Assembly: GCF_009914755.1 (NCBI RefSeq)
Contig: NC_060944.1
Source of the DNA: the human T2T-CHM13v2.0 reference genome, Homo sapiens
Reading direction: 5' to 3' (one strand)
Length of the DNA stretch: 64,000 nucleotides
In this document: piece by piece, positions 12,936 to 26,464 of the stretch
Layout: the number at the start of each line of letters is the position of its first letter
Position numbering within the stretch: the first letter of the stretch is position 1
Made by a program: the position numbers and the translations under genes
Notes under the pieces: generated by a model
Database searches by the model: none
The model's input: the letters and a program-made list of their open reading frames with translations, nothing else
What the model was told of the DNA's origin: nothing

Positions 12936-15900
12936 TAGGATAAAGAGGAGTACACACGTGATGAGCTGCTTTCCACATGAGAAGGTGGCATAAATAAAAT
13001 GAGAATGAGCACATATGGTATTAGGGAGCCCTAAATTGGATAAACCAACCTGGCTAGAGCAAGCATTTCAGGTTAGCAACTAGAAGAATATAGATCAATA
13101 AATCTGGCCCAAATAGCTTTATTGTGGGAAGGAGATCTTTAAGGCAGTCCATGTGATGCCCTCCATAGGAGATGCTGTCAGTGTTGATAGCTCCTTACCT
13201 GTCTACATCAGCGTGTACCAGCTCAATGACCAACCACCAGCACCTGTGTTTCATTGCCTGGGAACTTTTTCTTGGCCCCTGAAGCTCACTCTGCTTATGC
13301 AACAGGCCAGAAGTGCTGAGGAAATAATGCCAGCAGAGTAGCCCTCAGCCAGTGACTGATGGAATTGGTCTATACATATTCCAGCTCAAGTATGTGCTAC
13401 ATCGTTTCCCAGAGCTCACAGTAGAATTAAATTCCAGGTGCCCACAATGGTAACCTGCTTTATAATACACCTTGATGGTTGCCTTCCCTTCTCTGTCTCT
13501 CAACTTCATTCCCTTACTGGTGTTTCCAGAGATCACCTTTCGGTAATACATTGCTTGCTTTTGGAGAAACCCAAACTAAGATGCTTTCATTTTGCAGTTA
13601 AGAAAAATAAAGCCAGGACGGGGATTACTTTGAACGGGTGCTATAACAAAATGAACCAAAATTTGCAGTTCTTCAAACAAAACAGAAATTTATTATCGCC
13701 ATATAAGCAGTCCAGGATGGGAGGGCAGATTCTGCTCCTGGAAGTCATCTCAGGACCCAGCCATTGGGGAACCGTTGCCTTCCTCAGTACATGACTCTCA
13801 TTAGTGTAATTCCCAGCCAGCAAGAAGGAACAGGGAGGTGCAAGTATGAGATGACAATTACGCACATCACTTCTACTTGCATGCCACTGGCGAATGTTTA
13901 GTCACATGGTCCTCGTGTCGCTGCAAGGGAGGCTGGGAAATGTAGTTCAGCTGGTCAGCCGTGTGCCCAGTGAGAATAGAATAAATGATGACGAGTGGCA
14001 GACAGGAGTCTCCGACCCTGGAAGATTAGTTTGTTGCCAAAGTGCCTATAGCTAGTTAGTGGACAAGTGGAACTATAAGCCTTTCTGCACACTATTTTTT
14101 TCCTTACTCCCCTCACTTGGATTCCAGCCAGACTGCAACAGGGCTCAAATGTCATGCTGAAGAGTCTGGTATTCTGCAAGGTTCATCTCCCCTCATCACA
14201 GAAGCAGCAAAGCAGAATAAGCCGTTGGAGGCCCTCTCAGGCTCAGCCTACATGAGGTTGCTAGATTGGACTTTGTGGCCAAAGCAAATAGCATAAGGCC
14301 CTATGCTTTCAAACAGAGCCAGCCAGCCTCACTGCTAGCCCATGTAGCCCCGTGGTACAGATTTTTAGATGCACCTGTTACTTTACTGACAAACACCAAA
14401 ACAATGTCTTAGAAACCATACAAACCACACAAATCAACAATGATGGGAAGGGCACCCCTATGTGACACTCAACCTGTCGGATTGGAATCCTAGCCAGGAG
14501 AGGGAGAGGAAAGAACCACGGGGCTAGCTGAAATCTATGGATATCAGAGATATTTTGCAGTCATCTCTGAAGAACCTGAACTTGCTTCTGTAGCTTCCAA
14601 TTATCCACAGGCCGACAAAGCTGTTTCTTTTGGAACTCTGTATCACAGATGGAAATGCTAGAAGGTTAAGCCCACCCAGCACAGCTCATTTATACATTAA
14701 AATAGAAGAAAATGAAAGGTGACAGGTTTATCTAAGCGGATCCTATTCATAACTTTTACATGCTAACCTGAATTTTTCAAATTCACTTTTTGACTGGATT
14801 TGGGGTTAAGTTGGCCAATGTACAAATGGTCATTAAAAAAAGGGGGCAATGAAAGCAAATGAATTGTTTATTGGAAAAATTTGTTAAATGGCTCTGCACT
14901 GTTCTTTTATGTCAATTTAAAAAAAAAATCCTTTATGCTCCATAGAGATTGTACTAAATTTTAAAATCGTTATTCTGCCTTAACCATTCTTTAACTTTTC
15001 CCAAGATATAAGGTGTATATTTTTTTACATGTAGGTTGAAAATTACCAAGGTTTATTTCATTTAAGTTATTGGACACAACTCATTATTATATTTCTAATA
15101 TTTTTGTGCAAGTGAACAAGAGTAGCAGTTACCTCTGATTTGAACCCTATACAGTAAAGTGGTACTTTGGATTTTTCCCCCCAACAATTTCCTGTTATGC
15201 TCAACAAACCTCTCTCCAAATGCAAACCTCAGTCTCAGTTAGTAGACTGTGTTGAAAATATGTGTCTAATCACCAAAAAAGCCAAGCATTTATCAGGATA
15301 AGCCTTCCAAACTCATCAACTTTAATGGTATCCAGACGGCTTTTCTGGAGAGGGCTCATTAGTTTAAAAAAAAATTCTCAACATTTCCATGTTCTGTAGC
15401 TTTACTGACATAGTCAAAAATATAATACAAGCTCCCTGCCTTCTTGTTTAGTAGCCATTTCCTGCCCATATACTGCCTTGAAAAATAGTCAAACAAATGT
15501 AAAGAAGATAAATATCAAGCATAAATGAACTAGCGCCAAAGGGGATAGGTTCTGTATATAAAAATGAGCAACACCAGTGGCTGCAGATTAAGAAACTGAA
15601 TATGTTGGTGTTTAAAATTAGCATGGTTCCCCAAAGGATTGAAAATGTTCCATTTAAGAAAAGAAATGTTTTCAAATCACTCTGCTGACTAGAGGAGTCT
15701 GAATCAAAGTCAGAAATTAATAATAGGATGCAGACAGAGACCCCCAATCATAAATAGCAGAGATCATTTTTATATGTATAAAAGCCTGCATGGCCCAGCA
15801 GTGTCTATAGCTCTATGGGGAAAAAAACTAATGAAATGCAAGAAGAAAATGTTGAAAATAGAAATGAATGTGCCCGGTAGAAATGCTATTGTCATACTCT

Positions 15901-17379
15901 TGTGACACAATGACTTCTTTTCTGGAAAAGTAATTCTTCAATTGAGCCCAGGCAAGCATTGTATTCATTGTAAAGTTGTATATTTAAACCTGTAGTCTGA
16001 AGGGCTTGCCTGTATTTAAAGCTCAATGCTACCTGGGCTCATTAGAGTACCAGGACAAAGCTCTAGCATGTTACTGCTTTGACACTCCTCAGAACTTCTA
16101 GGTAGTTTTCAGTGGCTTCAAGTACTTAGATTGTCAGCAGTATAGGAAATAGAAAGTAGAATATTGAATGGGTGAGGTGTATACATCAAACATGTGGGAA
16201 TGTATAGACAGAGAGATAAAGATCCTCCTCGAACATCCTATTATATTGCAGAGGGTGCAGAACAATTCCAGGGTAAACACAGGCTTGGAGTAAACAGAGC
16301 TGCAATGTGCAGGTTGCACGAATTAGAGCATCCCGAGTCTCATTCAAGATCAAATGGTTCCTTTCTAGGCTTTTTATCAGGAACAGGTTCTGCTCTGGGT
16401 AACAGAAAGATAAAAGAACATAATCGCAGCCATGAAATCTTTAGTGTAGAGACAAGAAGAGCAAGGGGTAAGTGTTTAAATTCAGGCCTGTTTTAACAAC
16501 ACAGCAGCCTCATTCTACAAGTGCCTCCTTTCCAGTTTGGGCCAACTCAGTGCTTTGGCTAAATCTGTGAAAGGATGTGTGCCCTCTCCATGGTTTTGGA
16601 TAAACCTGTGCTTTCTGGGAAGTTGCTTTCAGGATGCGAGTGCACTGGCTGAAGGTGAAGATAGGAAGGACAGTGGTCAGGAGGAGGATAGCCCCGAGCC
16701 AGGCAGGACAATATCCAGCCAAAATAATTTACCCTGCTTTCTGGTAAACGCAATTTATTTTTATGTATTTATATTTGAAATAAACAACACCTGCGCACGT
16801 GGGGAGAAAAGTGAAAGATTCAAGAAACAGCACAGTGGAAAGTTGGTCTCCCTGTAGCCCACCTACCTTGGTTCCTTTCAAGTGGCAACTGTGAGCCTTC
16901 CTTGCAGATATTTCCATGCGCGAATTGTCACTCAATTTCAATCCATGATCTTTAAAAACACAGCTCCCTATCCCCATCCAGCCCCTCCCAGCACCCAGGT
17001 CTTCTCTTCCCCTTCAGGTCATTCTTCACCCAGCCCCACTCCCCAACATATTTCTTCATCTTGGGGTACCTGACAGACGACCTGCTGACACCCTGATGAC
17101 CCAGGCGCCCTTCTTTTTTTATATATATAAGGGTTAGAGTTATTACTTAATGATAATTACTTATTTTACACGTTGTCGTCTGCTGATGTTTAAAAGATAA
17201 GAAGACATTTGTCAGGGCGGGTGCTTGAGGCTCTCAGAGGACTCCGGGAGACACTGCCAAAACGTTTCCAAACTGAATAGTCATTGGGCTGCCAGATAAT
17301 TCAGAAACTATCTGTATGAGCTGTTTATCAAATTATTAACCGCACAGATGTTGTTTGGCTGAAGAGCAGCTGAATCCCC

Positions 17380-20300
17380 TCTCTGGCAGCCGCGGAGACA
17401 AAGGTCTCCAGGAATAATTGGAGATGTGCATGGAATATTAAATTAATTTACTGCTCTTAATTCTTATGCAAATTCTGACCTCCGATGGCGCCTATCAATT
17501 ACCCCGCCCGCAGTGAAAGCGAAAGCGACAGTTTCTTCTCTTCGCTTTTTTTTCTTTTTTAAGAACTCGAAAAAGGAAATATTTGCAATAAGCAGGCGGT
17601 AGTAGCACTTCGTAGCTGGAATTATTTAATTGAATCTTCAAGTTTTTAGGGATGCCCGTAGAGGATAAAACCCCAGTGCTCAGCGGAGAGGGTGGGAGGG
17701 GTACAGGGGGCGGAGGAATCTGTTGGTTTGACTGTACACCTGCGGGCGGCGGCAAAATACAGCCACGAGCCGGGACCAGTAATGTCAAATAAAACATTGG
17801 CTTGTAGACGGACGCGGGCCTTGGGAATCGCGCGAGCCCAGCGTTAGCCCGGGGTTTCACCGAAGCCGGCGATTCGAAGGGAGTGGCGTTTCCGCAAACT
17901 GCATCGCTAGGGGCCCGGCGTGGAAGCGCCTCTGCGCAACTTTCCTCCACCGCTGCCTACAAGGGAGGCTCTGGCTTCCGTTTACTTATTTTTTAGGAGT
18001 TTTAACCTTTGGTTCCTGCTTTTACAACCGCTAACCCCAAAAACATTTTTTTTTTCTTTTTGTTCTTTGTAAAACCAAACCACTATGCTGTGCGTTCATG
18101 TTCAACTCTGTTGAAATCCCGGGTGGGCCGAAATAAGATTTAATTGTCTCCTGCGTGGAGAAGTGACACCCACTTTTTCCCCTGAATTGAGCAAACACCA
18201 GGGCTTTGTCTGAGCTTGTGGCTTAAACGCCGGGCGGTTTCTGCACCCAGTTGGTGGGTTGTAAGACAGGAGGTTTCCAAGTCTTTCATCATGTTTCTAA
18301 CAAGGAAAACCAAATCGGGCCCATAATGTCATCAGCCCCGGCCCGACCTCGCCGGGACCTCGGCAGCCCGATGATGTCGCTAGCGGCCCCGGCGCAGCCA
18401 CGACGCGCCGCCTTTCAGCTCCTCGCAGTCCCCACAAAAGCCAGACAACAATATCAATTAATCATGCAGCGGGCAAACAAGGAGATTTATCCCGCGACAA
18501 ACAGCCCCACCGAGAGCCGCTGAATGGGCGTGATTAGCATGTGAAAAGGCGAGCAAAACTCCGCGGTTCAACAGCTAAAGAGCAATTTGATGGGGCTGGG
18601 ATGGGGAAATTACTTGATTAGCGTCCATCGGAGGAGAACACGGTTACAGCCCCTCGGCCGGGAATCCGACAGGGGAACAAAACGCGCTGGTAAACGCGGC
18701 GACGTACAGGGAGCGCGAGCGAGGGAGGGAGCGCCGGCGAGGGAGGGAGCGCGGGGGCCGACATCGAGAGGCAATCGGGGTGGGGGCAGAAATAGGGGCT
18801 GACCCGCTAGCCCCCGCCAAACCGCGACCACCCTCACCTAGGGCTCCCGGGCGGACTCAAGACTTCACCCAGCGCTGGAGGTCGACCTTAATTTAGAGCG
18901 CTGCCCCGGCTCTGGCCCGGAAAGAGAGTGACAGAGGCGCGTGCGGGGGAAAGGCCCACCCACGCTGTCCCTGGAGTCCCCTCCAGTGTCCCCAGGGACG
19001 CAGTCCGCGGCCGCCAGCTCCAGGGGCTCGGGCCCCAGGTTGGAGTAGCCACGCTAGCGGCTAGGCCGTTCCACCGGGTAGCTCCGCCCTTCCTTTTGCT
19101 CAGGCAGCTAACTTTGGAGCCGGGCAAGACGTGTTTTCCCGCTCCTTCGAATTTAACCGCCCAGTGCCTGCCTCCTGGAAAAGCTGTCACGATTGGGCTT
19201 GGGCTTGGGCTTGGCCTTGGTCAAGAAAGGTTTCCTCGGCTGCGCCACCGTGGGGATGGAGGTGGGAGTTGGAACACAGCCCCCTAGCTGAGTGCAGGGG
19301 CCAGAGGCTGGCGGGGGCACGCGGGGGTGGTTGGGGGCGGAGTGCGGCGAGGGGTGAGGGCGCGACCGCCTTGGGGCAGGGGCGGCGATGGAGTAGCTCC
19401 GGGCTCTCCACGGACTCGATTGGACAGCCCCAGGCCGGCTTTGGATCCTTGGAGGCGGATACGCAAGGCCAGACCTGGTGGCGTGGCCAGTTGGGCATCG
19501 CGGTATCTTCCCCAGGCCTGGAGGGCAGTGCTGAAGGCCCGCGGCCGAGGTTTTGCTTTAAGTATACTTGGGCCTCGCAACTCAGCTGTTTGCGAACAGA
19601 GACCTGGCGAATCGCCGAGGAGCGGCGCGGCTCCGCGTCCCCACTTCAAGGCCAAGTGGAGAGTGAGGACACGCTGAGGCCCCCTGCTACCTATCATGCC
19701 ATCTTAAGCGGGCACCGACTCCTTACCCAGAAAAGATCCTGGAGCTAAAGCCTGCGCCTACACCAGAGAGGGGAATTTAAGTTTCCCACTCTCGACGTGT
19801 CTGGAACCTTCCCTCTAGCCGCATACCCACAACCCCCTGCTCCCTGGCTCCTCCCAGTGTCAAGGAAGGAGAAAGACTCCCACCCTGTCCCCAAAGTCTC
19901 AGACTAACTCGCTCCAGGTCACAGGACCCACTAAGAGGGCCTTTCCAGCTCATGCCCGGAACAGGGGTGCAGCGGCGACCCTCTGGGATCTGGAGAGAGA
20001 GAATTTAACACGGCCTTCCTGAAGTACATTCACGCAAATGTGAGAAAGACTTCAACGCACAGAATCGCCAAAGCCCTTGCCGTCTTAAATAAATCCTGCC
20101 CCTTGGCACAGAAGAACGGAGAACCAAGGAGTTAATTCCTATTTTATAAGAAAAAAAAAAAAAAAAAAGGAGGGGGAGAGAGGAAGGGAGTGGATGGCCC
20201 CCACTGAGCGGAACAATTGTCACTCAGTTGAACAGTGTCAATTAACAAACCGCAGCTCTGGCAGACTTCAAAAGGCTTGATTCTTTTTGAAATGTCTGTG

Positions 20301-23300
20301 GTGATGGGTGTGCAGCGAACCCCAGCTCGCCGGTGGCCGCTCACCCCGCTCGCCTCTCTCTCCCTCTGGACTCGGTGCTGAAGCCCCAGTGCAGCTCGCT
20401 CCTCCTTCTGTCAGCAGCTGGACCCGGAAGCCCTGACTCCCGGCTTGGCGCCTGTGCTGAGAGCGGAGAAGGACGTCGCGACCGGCAGGCCTGGAGGGCG
20501 CATTGGTGTGCAGAGTGTAGCGGCTGGTCTGGCCCTGGGAACCCCAGACCCGCGAAGCTGGAGGGCGCACTCCCCGGCCTCAGAGCCCCAAACCGGAGGC
20601 GCTGTCCAAACGCGCCAACGCTGCAAGCAATGTGGCAGGGCACACCGAAATGCGTGTCTCGCACACCTGCCCATCTTTCCCTGCTCAACACGAAAGCGCC
20701 TTGTGGCTCTAAGCGCTTCCTTGGGGTGGCTGGGGCTGTGCATTTTAATTCCAAAGTCAAGAGGTTGAACCATCTCAAAGTTGGCGGGTGGAGGGGGCGG
20801 TGGCAGGGAACTAGATGGCTGGATGCCTTTGCCTGCGGGGTGGCAGGGCTGTCCCTACCAATAGCCACGGCTCGGGGCTGGCTTTGTAGTTATTTTTCCA
20901 AGTTCTGCCCGGTGCCCATCATATTGCCCTGAAAAGCAAAAGAGGCCGATGCAATTTATTCCAATGGGCGGTTTTTAAGAAGCTGGCAATTTGAACCGGC
21001 TGGGTGTTATTTAGTGCAATATGAAATCAAATGATCCTATTTCTCAAATAACAGTGTCTGTGAGGAGAAGTGAATCCTCTGAAAGGGTAATTGTCTGCTG
21101 ATGGTGTTTCCCATTATACCCGATCTTGGCCTAAATGGTGTTCGGCAGCGGGGCGGAGAGCGAGGGGTGAAATCAATGTGCGCCAACTCGCGCTCTGGAG
21201 ACAGGAAAAGGTAGCACCGCTGGCGTCCTGGCACGTCGAGCGAACAATGCCACCCCACGCGTCACTGATCGACTCATCTTGCAGGTGTCCGAAATCATTA
21301 GACTTGAGTGATCTTGTGGACGGGGGTATAAGACTAACTGTTTTTCCTTTCGCAACTTTGGGAATTGTTAGTCTCCTGGCATCAGTCACGCAGCAGACTG
21401 ACGATAATCTGGGAAATACAACCCAGTTTGGAGTCCCTTATCCCACCCCCTCCCCACCTCCATGTCATTACTGAGACGCTCAGTCCTTTCTTCCAAGGAC
21501 TCACTTCTGTCTAGGACCTTCCCAGTCCAGCTTCTGGAAAACAAATGTAATTCCTGGGAAATATAATGCGTCCACCAGGCGCACACTATTAATGCTGTAA
21601 TTAGGTGTGGTACCTTTGGGAGAAACAGGTTAGTCCTGGGCTTTTAAATTGTTCTCCTTGGGCCCAGCCACTATTTTTGGTGGCACCAGATATAAGGGGG
21701 TCAGTTTGTGTCTGAGAGCAGCACAGATGAGGAGCAAATTTAAGGAATGATTTTCATAACAAGGACAAAAGCGGCATGCGGGAACCAGAGCGTTGGCCTT
21801 TGGTCAGGTCAGTACCCCGAGGTGGAGCGTCAGCAGTAATATCAGAGGCTGCTTCTCCTTAAAATGACTCCGGCTGCAGAGGCGGCCGCAAGCAACAGCC
21901 TTGTCCATAAATCCTCTTTAGTTACCACTAACTCACCTTGAGGGGAGTGGCCTCCTCTCAGGGCCTTTGGGCCAGGACAGAGAGGTGCGGCCCCTGGAGA
22001 AAGATGCAACCAGGTCTGCAGCCGCTGGGGGCCCAGGACGCGGGGCAGCTTCGGAGCACTTCTCCTCTGCCCCCCACCCTCCAACCCCTGACTTACTGTT
22101 TTTTTTCCTAAGAAGGGTTTTGTGTGTTCCAAATATCCTGGAATTGCAGTCACAACCTACATCCTCTGCTAATTTGGGGCATTTCAGGCTGAGCCTCCTA
22201 GAACCAATTTGTGGCTTGTTTCTGCTCTAGCTAGGCAGGTTTTGTTTACATATTCTCTCTGGGTGTTTTGAGAGGACACACACAGACAGACACACAGACA
22301 CACAGGCGCGTACACACACACTCATATATTTTTTCTATACTGTGACCTCTGTTTACAAGCCCATTTGGTTGTTCATGATTTTCCCCTTCCTTGGTGTTAC
22401 CTCCAAATATCTGGAGAAGCTGGGAGAGAAATGGTCATGGCTGCATATCCAAGGAGCCCAACCTAGGAAGCTTCCATCTTTGTCTAGGAGGAAGGTTCGG
22501 CCACTGCACCTGGAGCCCGAAGCACCGGACACCAGGCGCGCCGTTCTGGCGCTCTGCAGGGCCTCTCTGGGTGAAGGAAAGCGGGCAGCCTGGGTTCAGC
22601 CCACCGGGTCCCCTTTCGAATGCCATTTCCCAGCTGAAAATCCAGCCAGCACAGCCTGGACGCCGAGCCCTCTGGAGCCCTGGTCAGGACGCTTTAATTT
22701 TCACCCTCCCGCTCTGGGTCTGAACAACCCCCCCGTCCCCCGCCCCCCACCCCAAGGTGTTGTTTCCTAGGGTCTTCTGGGGACATCCCTACCTGTCGAG
22801 GGCCTGCCCTCCTCGGGCTAAAAGTTCAGCCCTTCGACAGAGCCATGGAATAAGAGGCGACTCTCCCTGTGTCCCGCAAGTGGTTTCTCGAGGTACCCCT
22901 CTGAGGCTGCAGCCCCCGGAGCAGACCTGGCTCTGCATAGCAGCAAAAGCAACCGCCTACCTGGGCCGGGGCAGGACTGTGCCGCGGCGGCAGGGACAGT
23001 GTGAGCGCCGCCGGCCCCCTCACCCGGCGAGGGCCCTGCGCTCACACTTCTTCCAGGGGAAGGAGTGGCCACGCCTGAGCCCCCCTAAACGACCTCTTCA
23101 GGAGAAAAGAGTGCCGGCCAGGAGTCCCTCCAGTAACCTCAGTTTAGATCGGGTTTTCGCGCCTCCCCTAGGAATCCGGCTGGAAACCCCGGAGACTCTG
23201 CGCCTAGAGTTTTGCGGGCGTCTCTCTGCCTCCCCGCAGCTTCCGGCTCTCGCAGGCTTCATCCACTCCCTCTTCCCCCGGACCTGCCTGAACCCCGCCG

Positions 23301-24150
23301 AGCACTAGGCAAGGCCGGGCTCTGCGGGCTGGGGAAAAGAAGGGGCTTGGGGTGGCCCAACCCGACCGCCACCTCGGCCCGGCCTGCGGGGAAACCCCAC
23401 AAAGTCAAGGCGCGGGGCGGGGTCGGGGGGATGGGATCCAGAGAGAGACTCAGAGGGGCGCCCCTTCCCCCCAGGGGTCTCCGAATCCTAGGGACTCTCT
23501 AAGCCCCCGTGGCAGAGAAAAGAGGAATTTTTAAAAACAAATCTTCCCTTGCCTGAGGCCATTTTCCAGCCTTCCACGCGCCTTTGCCGGGGAAAGAGTC
23601 GATGACTCGCCCTGCTCATCGGCTCAGACCAGAGCTACCCTGAGCCCACACCTCTCCTCCTCTCTGCAAGACATCCCTTCCGCCACCCCCAGTCCCGCCG
23701 TCCTCCCCTCTCCAGACCCACTGACCTTGGGAAGGCGCAGACCCACCGCTCGCCAAGCCTCGCCCCGCACTGTGCACGGGAAGAGGGGGCTCCGCGCGCA
23801 GCCCAGTCCGGTTAGCTGGTCGGCGTCGGCGGGGCTGCCGAGGTGGCGCAGAGCTCCCCTCCCCCACGCCTTATAATTTAATCACACGCGATATTAAATT
23901 ATCAAGCTGCTCATTAATCATCACGCGAGTTATTGGGACTGAACACGCCGCCGCGTGTTTTGACAGCCCAGAACCATTCGCGGGGGTCGGGGTGTGTCTG
24001 GGTTTGGGGGCTGGGGGATGTCTAGCCACTCTAGAGAAACACTGCGAGCCCCACGCGGGCTGGTGGAGCCTCTTGCCTGGAAAAAGATGTGGAAACGCGC
24101 AGGCTGGGCGTCAGAGTTTGGTTGAGGGTCTGTCAAAAGCCCAAACGTAA
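17380..24150. promoter_or_regulatory. Large multi-part CpG island with no protein-coding gene attached
   Basis: Dense CpG/GC-rich sequence in several blocks (about 17.7-21.4 and 21.8-24.1 kb), interleaved with AT-rich TAAT-motif patches; no TEs seen between about 17.0 and 25.7 kb. Confidence 0.9.
21937..23850 (-). ncRNA. LINC00237: Candidate 5' exons of a minus-strand lncRNA (probably LINC00237)
   Basis: Name comes from recalled locus knowledge (lncRNA upstream of and opposite to KIZ). Sequence support: TATAAG (23875-23870), donor AAG|GTCAGT after 23726, and a 57-nt exon 21993-21937 with acceptor ttgcatctttctccag and donor AAG|GTGAGT. Exon assignment is inference. Confidence 0.4.
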
Positions 24151-26464
24151 CCCTCCCAGGCCACTTTCCTTAATATTTGGATTTTGATCACGATGATTAA
24201 GACAGCCGGTGATGTGTAATCAACAGCATCTTAATTTGCAGTTTTTCAGGAGGGTGAATTTGACCTGACTCTGAGCATCTTCATTGCCCAGTGTGGACGG
24301 TGTGAAGTTAATGCGGTTGAAATACAGAGGGAATCAGATCACCGATGTCATTTCAAAGAATAACTTTTCCCTGATTCAAAGGGTCTCTCTTGCCTTTCAC
24401 ATACTACAAATGTGGAGAGAGAGACATAAAGAGTTTTAAAAATTAAATTCTTAATTTGGGGTATTCATTTTTAAAATGATTTACGCGTTTCGCCCTGGAG
24501 TGGTTAGAACCTGGTTTTATTTTCTAGGGTTTTATTTTTCCTTTTCTCTATTTCAATTAAAGGAATCTCTTTAAATGAATAAACCAATTAAATGAAACTT
24601 CTTATGATTTCATTCCATACAATAGAAGAAACAAATGATCATTAAAAGTTGTCTTAGTGTTACAAAGGAGAGTAATTAATTCTCAGCATTCACACCAGCA
24701 AAACGATAAACAAGAGGGAAAACATCCCCCAACTCTGGAAGAGGTGGTGTAGATGTGAATCTGCAAACCAACTTAAAAATATATATACCTAGTTTGAAAT
24801 TAGTCTTTGGAAGAAATGTAATTCCCAAATTAAGTCTTTTGCCACCTTAGCATAAACCAAGGCTAGTTTTTAGCGGAAGACCAGTTCCTCTGGGCAAGAG
24901 CTGTGAATTTCAATAAGTTGGCAAGCCAAGTTTTCTACACAAATCAGAGATTAAATCAAGTTGTTTTCCCTTTTTAAAATATAAAGTATAAACAAATACC
25001 AAACTGGGGCATGTTCCAAATCCTCTGCAGCTAAATTGCATTTAACTTTTCCACCAGAAAATGTGATCAATTTAGTAAGCCAATAAGTACATAAATACTA
25101 CCCCCGCTTATGTTTTATCGCAGAATATCATTGATAATATTAAATGTGTCCAAGACCGCTCATGAGTTATTTTCTCTTCTGTTAATCTGTTGTCTGCATT
25201 TTTCTACTCTGTCCACTAACACACAAAGAGATGGGTATCAAAACTCAACACACACACATACTGCTAGGTGAAATTCATACATCCTAAAGAAGCTAGTGCA
25301 GAGGGGGAAATGCCATAATATGGATGTGATATTTTTTCATAAGCCAACGGTGAAAAATATATTGACTATCTTTATCCAGGCAGTTCATGCCTACGTATGC
25401 TCTGCAGTGACAAGGACATTTGTTGTCAGGGACTGAGAGATGGCTTTCAATGCCAGGAGCTTTTTCTGGTAAAAGTGGGCCATTGGCTAAAAAATTGTAT
25501 CTGAAGACTTTGTTTTAAAACTGGAGATTTTGAACATAACCTGAATTATCCAGACAACATGGTTTGGTGAACTTGGCAATCGTGTACTTCAAGATTACAT
25601 GAGAAGCTTTTGAAAAAAATTAAAACATAAGGTTTTATTGAGTAGAGTCACCAAAAATGGGAAAAAATAATTCCTTTCACTCATTTGCCTATTTTCTTCA
25701 TTGTACTGTTTTTGCATGATCACCCATTTGATGCTCACTGAAATGCTAAAAGTGTGAATTCGAGATGAGAATTTATCTCCACTCCTGAGGCTCAAGTTAT
25801 GGAACTTGTTCACCACTAGAGCAAAAGCAAGAACCCACATTTCCTGACTCCTAGTCCAGTCCTCTCTCCAAATAATAGCTAACACAAACATTTAATTTGT
25901 TCTTTTTCATAGGCCCTCCCTATCACTAAATAAGATTGAACACTTTAATTCTCTGAAGCTTTGTCAGAATGTAGCAAATTTGGAAAGCACTCTTGACTAG
26001 GGGTCAGTTCAGCCCTTAGTTATAGCTCTGTGACCTTGAACAAGTCACTCTCTTATTTTAGTTGGGTTCCCCTAGAAGTCAGCCCTGAGCCAAAGATGAG
26101 TGCAAATATATTTTTCAGGAGGTGATCTCAGGAAGCAACACAGTAGGGGAAGTAGGGAAAAGAAACAGGGAAGGGGAGGGAGCAATACAGAGTGAATTAC
26201 CAAGCAAGTTACCATTTTATTGCAACTGGAACTTAATACTACTAGAGAAACCCTGGGAGGCAGTGTAGACGCCTGCTTGAGGGACAAGGGAATTGTACCA
26301 TCCTATTATTGGTTGAGGACTTCTGGGGTGGGCATTATTTGCCCACACTGTAGAGTTGCCTTACAGGAGGTGAAGAAGACATTGGCCAAAGAAAGACCCT
26401 AGGTAAAGGGTCATAGATGCTGGCAGTTGGAGGGTGGGCCGATGTGCATGGAAATGGTGAGTCC

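Noticed and set aside
19193-19220. (TTGGGC)n as a telomere-like repeat or G4
   Set aside because: Only three GGG tracts and about four units; too short to interpret.
17475-23850. CTCF-like motifs (about 17476-17492 and 23835-23850)
   Set aside because: Several mismatches to the core; chance matches are common in GC-rich DNA.
17495-24136. Long ORFs in the CpG island (e.g. 19131-19748, 20333-20932, 22757-23308)
   Set aside because: They overlap in several frames on both strands, are Arg/Gly/Pro/Ala-rich, often start at non-ATG codons and show no recognisable domain. This is expected from stop-codon scarcity in GC-rich DNA.
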